Part shown: one piece after another, positions 40,095 through 51,345 of the stretch
How the letters are laid out: each line of letters begins with the position of its first letter
Position numbering within the stretch: the stretch's first letter is position 1
Assembly: GCF_001194135.2 (NCBI RefSeq)
Contig: NC_068981.1
Span: 108,389,025 to 108,453,024 of the forward strand
Origin: Octopus bimaculoides
Taxonomy: Eukaryota
Direction: 5' to 3'
Length of the DNA: 64,000 bases
The notes under the pieces: generated by a model
The model's database searches: none
Seen by the model: only the letters and a program-made list of their open reading frames with translations
What the model was told of the DNA's origin: nothing
Position numbers and translations under genes: made by a program

Positions 40095-40345
40095 CTACTC
40101 AACGATTGATTCATATATTACACAACAGTGAACAACCTGCTACTTGTTTTGCTATTCTAGACACAGGCAATTGTCTAGTAGCTGACAGTCAGTTTGATGT
40201 CCTCATGCAACGATTAAAGGGTTTCTATCAACAAAGGAAAGGATCTAAAATTGAATCTAAAGGTCAAAGATATGAATATGGAGATTTTCTCATCAAAATC
40301 GGGACTGTATTAATGGCATCAAGTGTCAAAGGTATCCTTGTAGAG
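40095..40345 (+). CDS. MED20: Mediator subunit 20 exon 3
   Basis: ttttccag|CT ACT...; encodes HILHNSEQPATCFAILDTGNCLVADSQFDVLMQRLKGFY...YEYGDFLIKIGTV...KGILVE; donor GAG|GTAATT; phases consistent. Confidence 0.96.
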
Positions 40346-40610
40346 GTAATTAATAATTTTTATCATTATTATCTTTTCCTTCTATTCTTTTACTTGTTTC
40401 AGTCATTTGACTGTGGACATGCTGGAGCATTGCTTTGAAGGTTTTTAGTCGAACAAATTCACCCCAGGACTTATTTCTTAAGCCTATTACTTATTCCGTT
40501 GGTCTCTTTGGCTGAACCGCTAACTTATGGGGATGTAAGCATACCAATACTGATTGTCAACAATGATGGGGGGACAAACATAAACATAAAGACACACACA
40601 TAGATATAAA

Positions 40611-40647
<37 letters not shown>

Positions 40648-40929
40648 TTTATTAAAAAGCAGCAAAGATGTCACAAAAACTGTTACTCAGAGTTTCACGT
40701 TCCCGTTCATTGGACAGTTTTGTTTAGAATAGAACAAAATAAGGTTATATGCATGAATATACAATTACTTTGATAGATACACATTTGAAAATGCTTTTGT
40801 TTTGTTGGTCCTTTCAATTAACGGTCTTTTCAATAACTGGTTGTATGAAATTATGATTACAGTTTAAATCATATTATAAAAATTGAAGAAAACCTTCGAT
40901 CAAAAATAGCTTATGTAGAAGAAAAACAG

Positions 40930-41232
40930 AACTGTGCCAGTACCGCCTGACTGGCTCCTGTAGGATTTTCGAGCGAGATCGTTGCCAGCGCCCCTGGACT
41001 GGCTTGTGCGGGTGGCACATAAAAGACACCATTTCGAGCGTGGCCGTTTTCGTGCGGGTGACACGTAAAAGCACCCACTACACTCTCTGAGTGGTTGGCG
41101 TTAGGAAGGGCATCCAGCTGTAGAAACTCTGCCAAATCAGACTGGAGCCTGGTGTTGCCATCCGGTTTCACCAGTCCTCAGTCAAATCGTCCAACCCATG
41201 CTAGCATGGAAAGCGGACGTTAAACGATGATA
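40930..41232 (+). repeat. RTE 3' tail with two tandem units
   Basis: ...cacccactacactctctgagtggttggcgttaggaagggcatcc...ggacgttaaacgatgat. Confidence 0.85.
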
Positions 41233-41409
41233 TATCTGTTTAAAAAAAACTTCCACAAAAAACTAACATCCTAAAATACATATACATTTAGCAACACATA
41301 CACATATCGAACAACCAACATATACATATATACACTAAACATACAGGCATTGGTTCATGGCTATTACATATACAGACAAATATAGGCAAAGCATAGATAT
41401 GTACAAATG

Positions 41410-42760
41410 CTAATTAGGCTAACTAGGAAGTTAGCTTTTGTATGTGGCAGATGTTCAGGAGCAATAAACACTGAAAATGTGCAGAAAACAACTTTTGCCA
41501 CATTCCAGGGAGAAAAACTAGATGTAGTTGATAGCTTCCGTTATCTAGGTAACCAAATTAATAGTGGGGGAGGGTGCACTGAAAGTGTAGCTGCTAGAAT
41601 AAGGATAGCCTGGGCAAAGTTCAGAGAGCTCTTACCTCTGCTGGTGACAAAGGGCCTCTTGCTCAGAGTAAAAGGCAGACTGTATGACGCATGTGTACGA
41701 ACAGCCATGCTACATGGCAGTGAAACATGGGCCGTGACTGCTGAGGGCATGTGTAAGCTTGCAAGCAATGAAGCCAGTATGCTCCGATGGATGTGTAATG
41801 GCAGTGTGCATACTTGACAGAGTGTAAGTACCTTGAGAGAAAAGTTGGACCTAAGAAGCATCAGATGTGGTGTGCAAAAGAGACGATTGCGCTGGTATGG
41901 TCATGTGGTGAGAATGGATGAGGATAGCTGCGTGAAAAAGTGCCACACCCTAACAGTTGAGGGAACCCGTGGAAGAGGTAGGCTCAGGAAGACCTGGGAT
42001 GAGGTGGTGAATCATGACCTTCAAACATCAGACCTCACCGAGGCAATGACTTCTGACCGAGACCTTTGGAAATATGCTGTGCATGAGAAGACCCAGCAAG
42101 CTAAGTTAGACCATAATCCGAGGCCTCTGCCAGGAGTGTAGCCAGCCCACTTATGCGTACCTTTCCTTCATTGAACACTAAACTCTGCTTTCGAAGACCT
42201 GTTGAGGCAAGTAAAATTGAAATCAAACCAAATTCGACGACTGGCACCCATGCCAACCTCTTCTTCATTGGACACTAAACTTGGCTTGCGAAGACCTGTT
42301 AGGGCAAGTGAAATCGAAATCGTGATGGCACCTGTACCAGTGGAGCACTAAAAGCACCGTCCGATCGTGATCATTGCCAGAGCAGCTGTCTGGCTTCCAT
42401 GCCAGTGGCACGTAAATAGCACCATTTGAGCGTGATCGTTACCAGTGTCGCCTCATTGGCACGTGAAAAAAGATTCAAGCGAGGTCGTTGCCAGTGCCGC
42501 TGGACTGGCTCCTGTGCAGGTGGCATGTAAAATACACCATTATAGCGTGGCCGTTGACAGTACCGCTTGACTGGTCTTTGTGCCAGTGGCACATAAAAGC
42601 ACCCACTACACTCTCAGAGTGGTTGGTGTTAGGAAGGGCATCCAGCTGTAGAAACTCTGCCAGATCAGTTTGGAGCCTGGTGTAGCCACCTGGTTTGCCA
42701 GTCCTCAGTCAAATCGTCCAACCCATGCTAGCATAGAAGGCGGACGTTAAACGATGATGA
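41410..42760 (+). mobile_element. RTE LINE 3' portion with complete 3' UTR
   Basis: FRYLG...RIRIAWAKFRELLPLL...MLHGSETW...RLRWYGHV; 3' UTR with internal tandem units; ends ggacgttaaacgatgatgat. Confidence 0.92.
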
Positions 42761-42939
42761 TTATGATATATATATACATATATATACACGTATCTTCACA
42801 TCAAGATAAATATATACACCATTACGTATATACGGATACAAACATATTATAAAACACTGTCTAGTATATAGAATATTAGAATAAGCAAATTGTACAATAA
42901 ATTAATATAACAGTAGTTAGGTTGGATGCTCTGAGTGCA

Positions 42940-44040
42940 GCTGCTTGAATAAGAATATCCTGGGCAAAGTTCAGAGAGCTCCTACCTCTGCTGGTGACAA
43001 AGGGTGTCTCGCTCAGAGTAAAAGGTAGATTGTATGATGCATGTGTGCGAACAGCCATGCTACATGGTAGTGAAACATGGGCTGTGACTGCTAGGGATAT
43101 GCGTAAGCTTGCAAGGAATGAAGCTAATATGCTCCACTGGATGTGTAATGCCAGTGTGCATACATGACAGTTTGAGCTCCCTGAGAGAAAAGTTGGACCT
43201 AAGAAGCATCAAATGTGGTGTGCAATAGAGATGACTACACTGGTATGGTCATGTGTTGCATATGGATAAGGACAGCCATGTGAAAAAGTGTCACACCCTA
43301 GCAGAGATAGACCCAGGAAGACCTGGGATGAGGTGGTGAAGCACGACCTTCGAACGTTGGATCTCACTGAGACAATGACAAGTGACCGAGACCTTTGGAG
43401 ATATGCTGTGCTTGAGAAGACCCGGCAAGCCAAGTGAGACCATAACCGTGGCCTATGCCAGTGCAGCATAACCAACTCACTTAAGTGTACCCTTCAATCA
43501 TTGGGCAATAAACTGTACTTGCGAAGACCTGTTGAGGCAAATGAAGTCATTGTCATGGCTGGTGACAGTACTGCCTTATTGGCACCCATGCCAGTGACAT
43601 GTAAAAAACACCATTCGAGTGTGGTTGGTGCCAGTGCTGCTTGACTGGTCCCATGCTGGTAGCATGTAAAAAGCACCATTCGAACGTGATCGTTACCAGT
43701 GTTGCCTTACATGCTCCTGTGCCAGTGGCATGTAAAAAGCACCATTCAAGCATGGTCATTACCAGTGCTGCTTGACTGGCTCCCATACCAGTGGCCTGTA
43801 AAAAGAACCATTCAAGTGTGGTCGATGCCAGTACTACCTGACTGGCTCTTGTGCAGGTGGCACATAAAAAGCACCCACTACACTCTCTGAGTGGTTAGCG
43901 TTAGGAAGGGCATCCAGCTGTAGAGACTTTGCCAGATCGGATTGGAGCCTAGTGCAGCCTTCTGGCTTGCTAGCCCTCAGTCAAACCGTCCAGCCCATGT
44001 CAGCATGGAAAGCAGATGTTAAATGATGATGATGATGAAT
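42940..44040 (+). mobile_element. Second tandem RTE LINE 3' portion
   Basis: Degenerate copy of the same ORF2 end and 3' UTR, ending gatgttaaatgatgatgatgatg. Confidence 0.88.
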
Positions 44041-44731
44041 ATATAAAAAATAAGTAAAAATGAGTAAAAAATAAACCTTGGCAAAACTCCAGTTTAAATT
44101 TCTAAAACAGTTGAAGGCTTTCTTAAAAGTCAGATGTAAAATATAAAAGGTGAAGTTGAAATATGTACTAGCATTGTAATACAAATATAACTATATATAA
44201 GGTGTAAATCCAAATTCAAATGTGAAAGTCAAAAAAGTTTTATCCATATGGTATTTTTTCGGTTGACATTTTGAACCTTGCAGGGTGCCAGCAGGAATGT
44301 TCCTGGTTTAATGCTTGTTTATCCTGCAACAGAATGAAGAATTTTTCTAAGAGACAAAGATTACATTTCATAGGTCTTCTATAAGCTCCATGTTTGTATG
44401 GTGGTGCTTTTTCCAAAATTTTCCAGCTGATATTGAAAGGATGGGTGTTATTCTCCTTCAGTTGCCAGACATGTTTTGCAAGTTTTGTTGCTGTCCTGTT
44501 TTTGGTGTATCAGAAAGAATTTCGGTGGGAATAAAACTGAGTATTGAATGAATTTTCCAAAGCCCCTGTGTAAATTTTATATTTTTGTGAGCCATCTATT
44601 TGCACTTTAGCTCTATAAACACTTCCTTTTTCAAGACATTTACCTTCTAATGGACAGCAAGTCCTCGGATTAGATTCGGCACTGTGGTTGTTTGTAATAA
44701 TTTTTGTGTTATGCTGATTAATAAAAGAGGC

Positions 44732-44776
<45 letters not shown>

Positions 44777-44808
44777 AAATTTTAAAATAAAAACAGAACA
44801 CAAAGGAT

Positions 44809-44905
44809 TCTGCAGTACACGTGTTTCAAGCTTTATAGTCGTTGCATCATTATATTGGTATATAATTGATAGACAGGATGGTATAAAGCTATCTTCAGCT
44901 GCAAA
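44809..44905 (-). ncRNA. Type I hammerhead ribozyme motif in Penelope-like terminal repeat (GUA cleavage triplet)
   Basis: UUUGCAG-CUGAAGA-U-AGCUUUAUA-[44 nt]-UAUAAAGCU-U-GAA-ACACGUGU-A|CUGCAGA. 7-bp helix I, 9-bp helix II, palindromic helix III. U.U instead of G-C at 10.1/11.1. Confidence 0.75.
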
Positions 44906-46464
44906 TATATTCTTTCCCAAGTATTATATCACAAAGAAGAAGTCACCAAGAAAAAAGTAAAATGATTAAAACCTTCAAATATTATAATCCCTAAGTCCTC
45001 TCTTTTTAGTTATAAACACTTCTAAACCTTCTCTCATTAGCAACTCCCACATCAGATCCTTCCTGCCACAATTCAGACATTGAATTAACGAAGCCCGTAC
45101 TCTACCCCCAACCTGACTATGTACTGTAATAATTCAGTTTACCCTCGCATAGCTAGATTCTGACCATATAATATACACACATATTTAATAACCAGGGATC
45201 CATAATCCCACTTTTACAGAAAAATTTCTAAACCTTTCAGTCACTGACTCTAGGCTTTCGAATGACACTACTATACACAAAAGTAACATAAAATAACACT
45301 AATCACTGCAATGTTTTTTTATTATAATAATATTATACTAGTAATAATTAGGAGATGCAAACCCAGACTTCCTTATATTTATACACCAATACCCAATGAT
45401 TAAAACACGATTATAGCAGTAGTTTCACTATGCCATATAATTTACACTAATAGATAAACCGTAACTTCCCCAACCACAATATTCTTCTTATCAATGTACC
45501 TTTTCAAACCACTATGTTTTTTATCTTGTTTGCATTATTGTTGTTGGTGGTGTTATTTCTTATCACTATTACATTATGTAATACAATATTACTATTATAT
45601 TATATTACTACGGTTGAAGTGTTCACAATACTCTGTATTTTGAATTTTAACTTCCAATCCTAGTTTTCCCCTTTATATTTTCTATATATTTTATAACTTT
45701 TTTCTTGTTTACATTTTCTAATTATTCATTGTTTTGGTTTTTATATGGTCTAATTAGCATTTACCACTTCCATCATCATTTTATCCTCTAGATAAGTGTA
45801 TGTACCAATATAATAGATAAGTTCGTATGCTTAAGTTGTAGTGATGTGCTTAGACTGAAATGACCACTCACCACAAGAATATCATATTACAAGTTTTCTT
45901 TAGCCTGACATTATTTATTTATGACCCACCACTTGTCTTGGCCAACACAGTATCATGTATGTCTGTCATTTACGACCTCACCCTTTTAGATCTCTTTATG
46001 TCTCTTTATTTCCCTTTTTTTCTACTTTTAGGTTTTTTCTTATCCCCCTTAATTTTTAACTCTGTTTTTTTATTTCTGTACTTTTATATTTTACCACCCA
46101 TCTCCAACCCTTCTAAATAGCTTATATGCATCTTACTCTACTGTCCGGATTTTTTCTTATTGTTTCTTATATTACCCCCCCCCCCCNNNNNNNNNNCCTT
46201 TTTTGGACCCTCTCCTTATAGCTCATATAAGCTAGTATTGTTTATTTAGCATTCACTCTACCCTGAATTGTGGCACAATATGGACAGATTTCGGAGTACT
46301 GATGAACTTTTATATAAATGTATCAACTTAAAGGATAAAGATATTACAATGTATATTACAATGGACAATACTAAGTGGACTCTTACTTTTATCTCTCATG
46401 TTTCTCCTTTTACTTTTTTCTTGGTGACTTCTTCTTTGCGATATAATACTAGGGAAAGAATATA

Positions 46465-46561
46465 TTTGCGGCTGAAGATAGCTTTATACCATCCTGTCTA
46501 TCAATTATATACCAATATAATGATGCAACGACTATAAAGCTTGAAACACGTGTGCCGCGGA
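46465..46561 (+). ncRNA. Inverted second hammerhead copy with GUG triplet (probably inactive)
   Basis: Same core. Helix I is UUUGCGG/CCGCGGA, with a compensatory change relative to the other copy. Position 17 is G. Confidence 0.65.
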
Positions 46562-46667
46562 ATCCTTTGTGTTCTGTTTTTATTTTTAAATTTTAATTTT
46601 TTCTTTCACCCCAGCCACGATCTGGCATATACAGGTGCTTACAATTATCAAGTATTACCTCTCACAT

Positions 46668-46740
<73 letters not shown>

Positions 46741-47659
46741 GGGCTTCTTCCAGTTTCTGTCTACCAAATCCACTCACAAGGCTTCGGTTGGCCCAAGGCT
46801 ATTGTAGAAGGCACATGCTCAAGGTGCCATGCAGTGGGACTGAACTTGGAATCATGTGGTTGGAAGCAAGCTTCTTACCACACAGCCACACCTGCACCTG
46901 TAAAATAAAATTGTTCTTGTAGAAGTATTGGATTTTCATTTGGTATATTTTGTTTCAAATAGTTTAAATTTTTTCTTTATAATTCCAAGCAGAAACCATA
47001 TTAGAGGTAATAGTTTATGAATCAATAAATGACATACGCATTTTTTATTTTGCATTACTTTGCTGCATGCATAATCCTGTGATTAAAAAGTTTGCTTCTC
47101 AGCTGTGCAGCTTTATCTGGTACCTTGGTCAAGTGCCCTACTATAACCCCTGGCTGACCAACCCTTGTGAGTCAGTGTGGTTGTGGTAGACAGAAACTGA
47201 AAGATATGCTTTGTGCGCATGTGTGTGCGCGCGCGCACACATACACACACGTACGTTTCACAAAGTTGAAGTTCTAGAATTTGATTCAGGGTCTGAGAGG
47301 TGGGACTTTTTACACCTAGTACTTATTTTACTGGCCTCTTTTGTCAAACTGCTAAGTTACTGGGACACAACCACTGACTATCAAGCAGTGACAAGGAGAA
47401 ATAGAGAAGACACTAGGCTAAAGTGCCATGTTGTGGGGCTGAACCCAGAACCATATGTTGGGAAACAAACTTCTTACCACAGAGCCATGGCTGCACCTAC
47501 TAAAGCTGTTTGGGGTTTGTTTTGTATTGTGTTGTACTGTGTGGGAATTAAGTATTTTCTCTAGTTTTTATTGTATGCTTCTAATACTGTAACACTGTTA
47601 CATTTGTTGGAGAAGTTTTACTTTACATTACTATTGTTTCTCTTTTTTATTTGTATCAG

Positions 47660-47869
47660 GTGGAATATTATCCATGTGCCATAATCAATGATTGCTGGAA
47701 TTTAATGAAAGAACTTATTCAAAGTGTAATGGGTAATATTTTAGACAATCCTCCTGCAACTTTAAAGAACAAGTTAACTTCAGAATACAGTCCATCTGAC
47801 ACTGTGCAGCAATATCTTGAACATTTCAATGTTTTTCGCAAAAATGTCTCCGCAAATCAGTCACGATGA
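47660..47869 (+). CDS. MED20: Mediator subunit 20 exon 4
   Basis: ttgtatcag|GTG GAA TAT...; encodes VEYYPCAIINDCWNLMKELIQS...YSPSDTVQQYLEHFNVFRK...*. Joined CDS is 621 nt = 206 aa plus stop. AATAAA at 47873-47878. Confidence 0.95.
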   Translation: MEYYPCAIINDCWNLMKELIQSVMGNILDNPPATLKNKLTSEYSPSDTVQQYLEHFNVFRKNVSANQSR

Positions 47870-48439
47870 TCAAATAAAGTTTTTGCTAAATATCTTATTC
47901 CTGAAATTTGGGGTTCTCTGTTTAATATATGAGATGTTTACTTTTTTCTGCAAGCAAAATTGTCGATTTTATGAATGAAAAAGAATTTATTTTATTTTTT
48001 ATTTAGGGAATTATTTCAATTAAATATTTATTCTGTGATCCACTAAATGAGGTTTTTGATATTTTCCTGTGAGGAACAAGAAAATTTTAACATTTCAGGG
48101 AGGACTCTCTAAACAAAGAGTTCAGTCTGAAATGTCAGGCTTCCTCACAGCAAAATAATTTAATATACTTTGATAATTTTTTGTACTAACATATTTGCTG
48201 ACATAGATCATCACTTTTGTTTCCTTGGATTCTGTTTCGCTCTTTGTTGTTGATTACTGAATGGTCTTTTCTAGTATAACTGTGTGAGTTACCACTTTTA
48301 TAAGGGTGTTTTATCTAGTTTATAATGGGCTGAGATTATCTTATTTATATGTCACCAATTTATAACATATTCGAACTTGGAAAAGATAATAAATATAAAT
48401 CAACATCAGCAATATCAAAATCAAATCAAGTGGAATTGT

Positions 48440-48780
48440 AGCTGTTAGCCCCATGCCAGTAGCACGTAAAAAGCACCATCCAAACATGGCCAATGCCAGT
48501 GCCGCCTTGATTGGCTTCTGTGCTGGTGGCATGTAAAAAGCCCCATCCGATCATGGTCGATGCCAGCTCCTCTGGCCCCTTGTGCTGGTGGCACGTAAAA
48601 AGCACCCACTATACTCTCGGAGTGGTTGGCGTTAGGATGGGCATCCACCTGTAGAAACACTGCCACATTAGATTGGGGCCTGGTGCAGCCTCCTGGCTTC
48701 CCAGACACCAGTTGAACTGTCCAACCCATACCAGCATGGAAAACAGACGTTAAACAATGATGATGATGATGATGTTTATT
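48440..48780 (+). repeat. RTE 3' tail with tandem units
   Basis: ...aagcacccactatactctcggagtggttggcgttaggatgggcatcc...gacgttaaacaatgatgatgatgatgat. Confidence 0.85.
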
Positions 48781-49999
48781 GAGTAGAAATCTATAGTGAT
48801 AAACTGTCACTTATAACTTAATTATAAGTATTATCACTATACATAAATCTTAACTCAGGCTGCGTAAATGCCATGATGAATTATACACCACCAAGATGCT
48901 GAATGTACATGTATGTTGAAGATAAATAAAGCTTGCTCTTTTTCACTGCATAGTTGCAGAAATATATTTCATTAACAGGTTGAAAAAATGAAGAAAGAAA
49001 GTATTTACTAAATTAGTTTATTTGCTTACATTTAATATTTACTGTACATTTATAAGTCAAAAGAAAACTGTTGTAGAGGATTACGACATAAAANNNNNNN
49101 NNNNNNNNNNNNNNNNNNNNNNNNNNNNNNNNNNNNNNNNNNNNNNNNNNNNNNNNNNNNNNNNNNNNNNNNNNNNNNNNNNNNNNNNNNNNNNNNNNNN
49201 NNNNNNNNNNNNNNNNNNNNNNNNNNNNNNNNNNNNNNNNNNNNNNNNNNNNNNNNNNNNNNNNNNNNNNNNNNNNNNNNNNNNNNNNNNNNNNNNNNNN
49301 NNNNNAAAGTTTCGAATTTAAAAATATGGGCAGTAATTTTAACCAATGGAAACTAACAATTATACTTGTTCGGGCAAACGTGACCATTACATCATATTAC
49401 TGCCGTTTATGACTTGCGTCGCTACACAAGCAAATTGCCTCTGTTCTGTGTTATAAGGAGATTAACAGATGCTTGATTTGCTTTTTTTAATTATGATAGC
49501 AGTAGATTAATATTTCAAACATTTCTTACCAAATTTTGTTAAAACGTAAAGGAAACAACACAAATGTTTACATATATTTTTATTGCAAAAACAAAAAAAA
49601 AAAAAAAAGACAGAAATCAATTTTATCTGTTGTAATAAAAAGAAAATGTTCTATTTCCTTTCAGTTAATATAAACTTTCTTTTCTATACATTTCTGAAAA
49701 TGTATTTCAAAGCAGAATAGGATATCTTTATTATTGAACAAATATTCTTTTAAAGTGACATCTAATATTAACTTTAATTAGTTAGAATTCAGAAAATAAT
49801 GATTTATGTGAATGTTTTTAATGAATTTTCAATAATTGCATTATTTTCGCTGCTGTATAGCATTGTCCCATAAAGACATGGGTTTTCTTTTAATCAAGAA
49901 TGCTACAACTATTCAGTCATGCTTTCCCTTTTGTGTAGGTGCCAAGGAAAAACAAAAAAGAAATAATTAGGCATAATCAAAATCACTGATGGGGCTGAT

Positions 50000-50470
50000 G
50001 ACAGTACAGTCTGATTGGCACTCATGCCAGTGGAATGTTAAAAGCACATCCGAGTGTGATCGTTGCCAGCGCCACGGATTGGCTCCCGTGCTGTGGAACG
50101 TAAAAAGCACAATTCGAGCATTGTTGCCAATGTTGCCTTACCGGTACATGTGCCGGTGGCATGTGAAAAACAACATTCGAACGTGGTTGTTTCCAGTGCC
50201 GCTGGACTGGCTCCCGTGCTGGTAGCATGTAAAAAACACCTTTTGTGTGTGGTTGTTGCCAGAATCACCTGACTGGCCCTTGTGCCGGTGGCATGTAAAA
50301 GCACCCACTACACTCTTGGAGTGGCTGATGTTAGGAAGGGCATCCAGCTGTAGAAACTTTGCCAGATCAGATTGAGCCTGGTGCAGCCTCTGACTCACCA
50401 GTCCTCAGTGAAACCGTCCAACCCATGCCAGCATGGAAAGCGGACGTTAAACGATGATGATGATGATGAG
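50000..50470 (+). repeat. RTE 3' tail with 4-5 tandem units
   Basis: Repeated tggcatgtaaaa...ttcga.cgtg.tcgttgccag..., then the family tail ending (gat)n. Confidence 0.85.
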
Positions 50471-50904
50471 TATTTGAGATGTTGTTTTAACAATATTGTA
50501 GATATGTAATTACCATGAAAAGTTGTCAGAAGTTGTGAGATATAGCATTTGAAAAGTTTGTGAGTGGTTCATGAGTAGAGAAGGGACACTGGGTTTCCTT
50601 AGTATGTGCAGTGAATGTGTTTTTAGTGCTGTTGCAGGAGACTAAACTAATACTTGTACTATTGTCTTCACTACCACACACACTAAGCTTGAATACCTTC
50701 TGACATAATCATTAAACTTACTTATTAGTATTATATGGTTGTTGTCTGCATTTAAGATAAGCCTCATCAGTATGTCTTTTCCTACTTAATCTGACTGAAT
50801 ACATACACAACATTGTATGATTTAATTGAGATAAAATGATTTTTTCCCCTCAATTTGCTAGCCAGTGAGCTGTGGCCTTTCTTGAGCATTACTATGATTA
50901 CTCT

Positions 50905-51345
50905 TTTATTCTTTTACTTGTTTCAGTCATTTTGACTGCGGCCATGCTGGAGCACCGCCTTTAGTTGAGCAAATCAACCCCAGAGCTTATTCTTTGTCAG
51001 CTTAGTACTTATTCTATCAGTCTCNNNNNNNNNNGAGCTTATTCTTTGTCAGCTTAGTACTTATTCTATCAGTCTCTTTTGCCAAACCGCTAAGTTACGG
51101 GGATATAAACACACCAGCATTGGTTGTCAAGTGATGTTCGGGGGACAAACACAGACACACATACATATTTATATACATATATACGACGGGCTTCTTCCAG
51201 TTTCCATCTACCAAATCCACTCAAGGCTTTGGTCAGACTGAGGCTATAGTAGAAGACACTTGCCCAAGGTGTCACGCAGTAGGACTGAACCCGGGACCAT
51301 GTGGTTGGTAAGCCAGCTACTTACCACACAGCCACTCCTGTGCCT
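50905..51345 (-). mobile_element. Bipartite tRNA-derived SINE
   Basis: Same family, reverse orientation. Partial copies at ~9163-9330(-), 40378-40640(-), 46738-46900(-), 47090-47200(+), 47300-47500(-). Confidence 0.8.

Larger units (their letters stand above)
44200..46596 (-). mobile_element. Penelope-like retroelement remnant with inverted terminal-repeat copies
   Basis: Minus strand CPLEGKCLEKGSVYRAKV...IYTGALENSFNTQFYSHRNSF and WKILEKAPPY...CNLCLLEKFFIL (GIY-YIG endonuclease C-terminus, ~44230-44700). ~185-bp inverted repeats at ~44775-44962 and ~46407-46594. Confidence 0.8.

Noticed and set aside
41160-41190. CTGAGGA-ctggt-GAAA on the antisense strand of RTE tails, resembling a hammerhead core
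   Set aside because: No helix II can form in 5 nt, there is no helix I, and the motif varies in other copies.
50983-51075. 42-bp direct duplication across a 9-N gap
   Set aside because: Unmerged contig overlap within a SINE.
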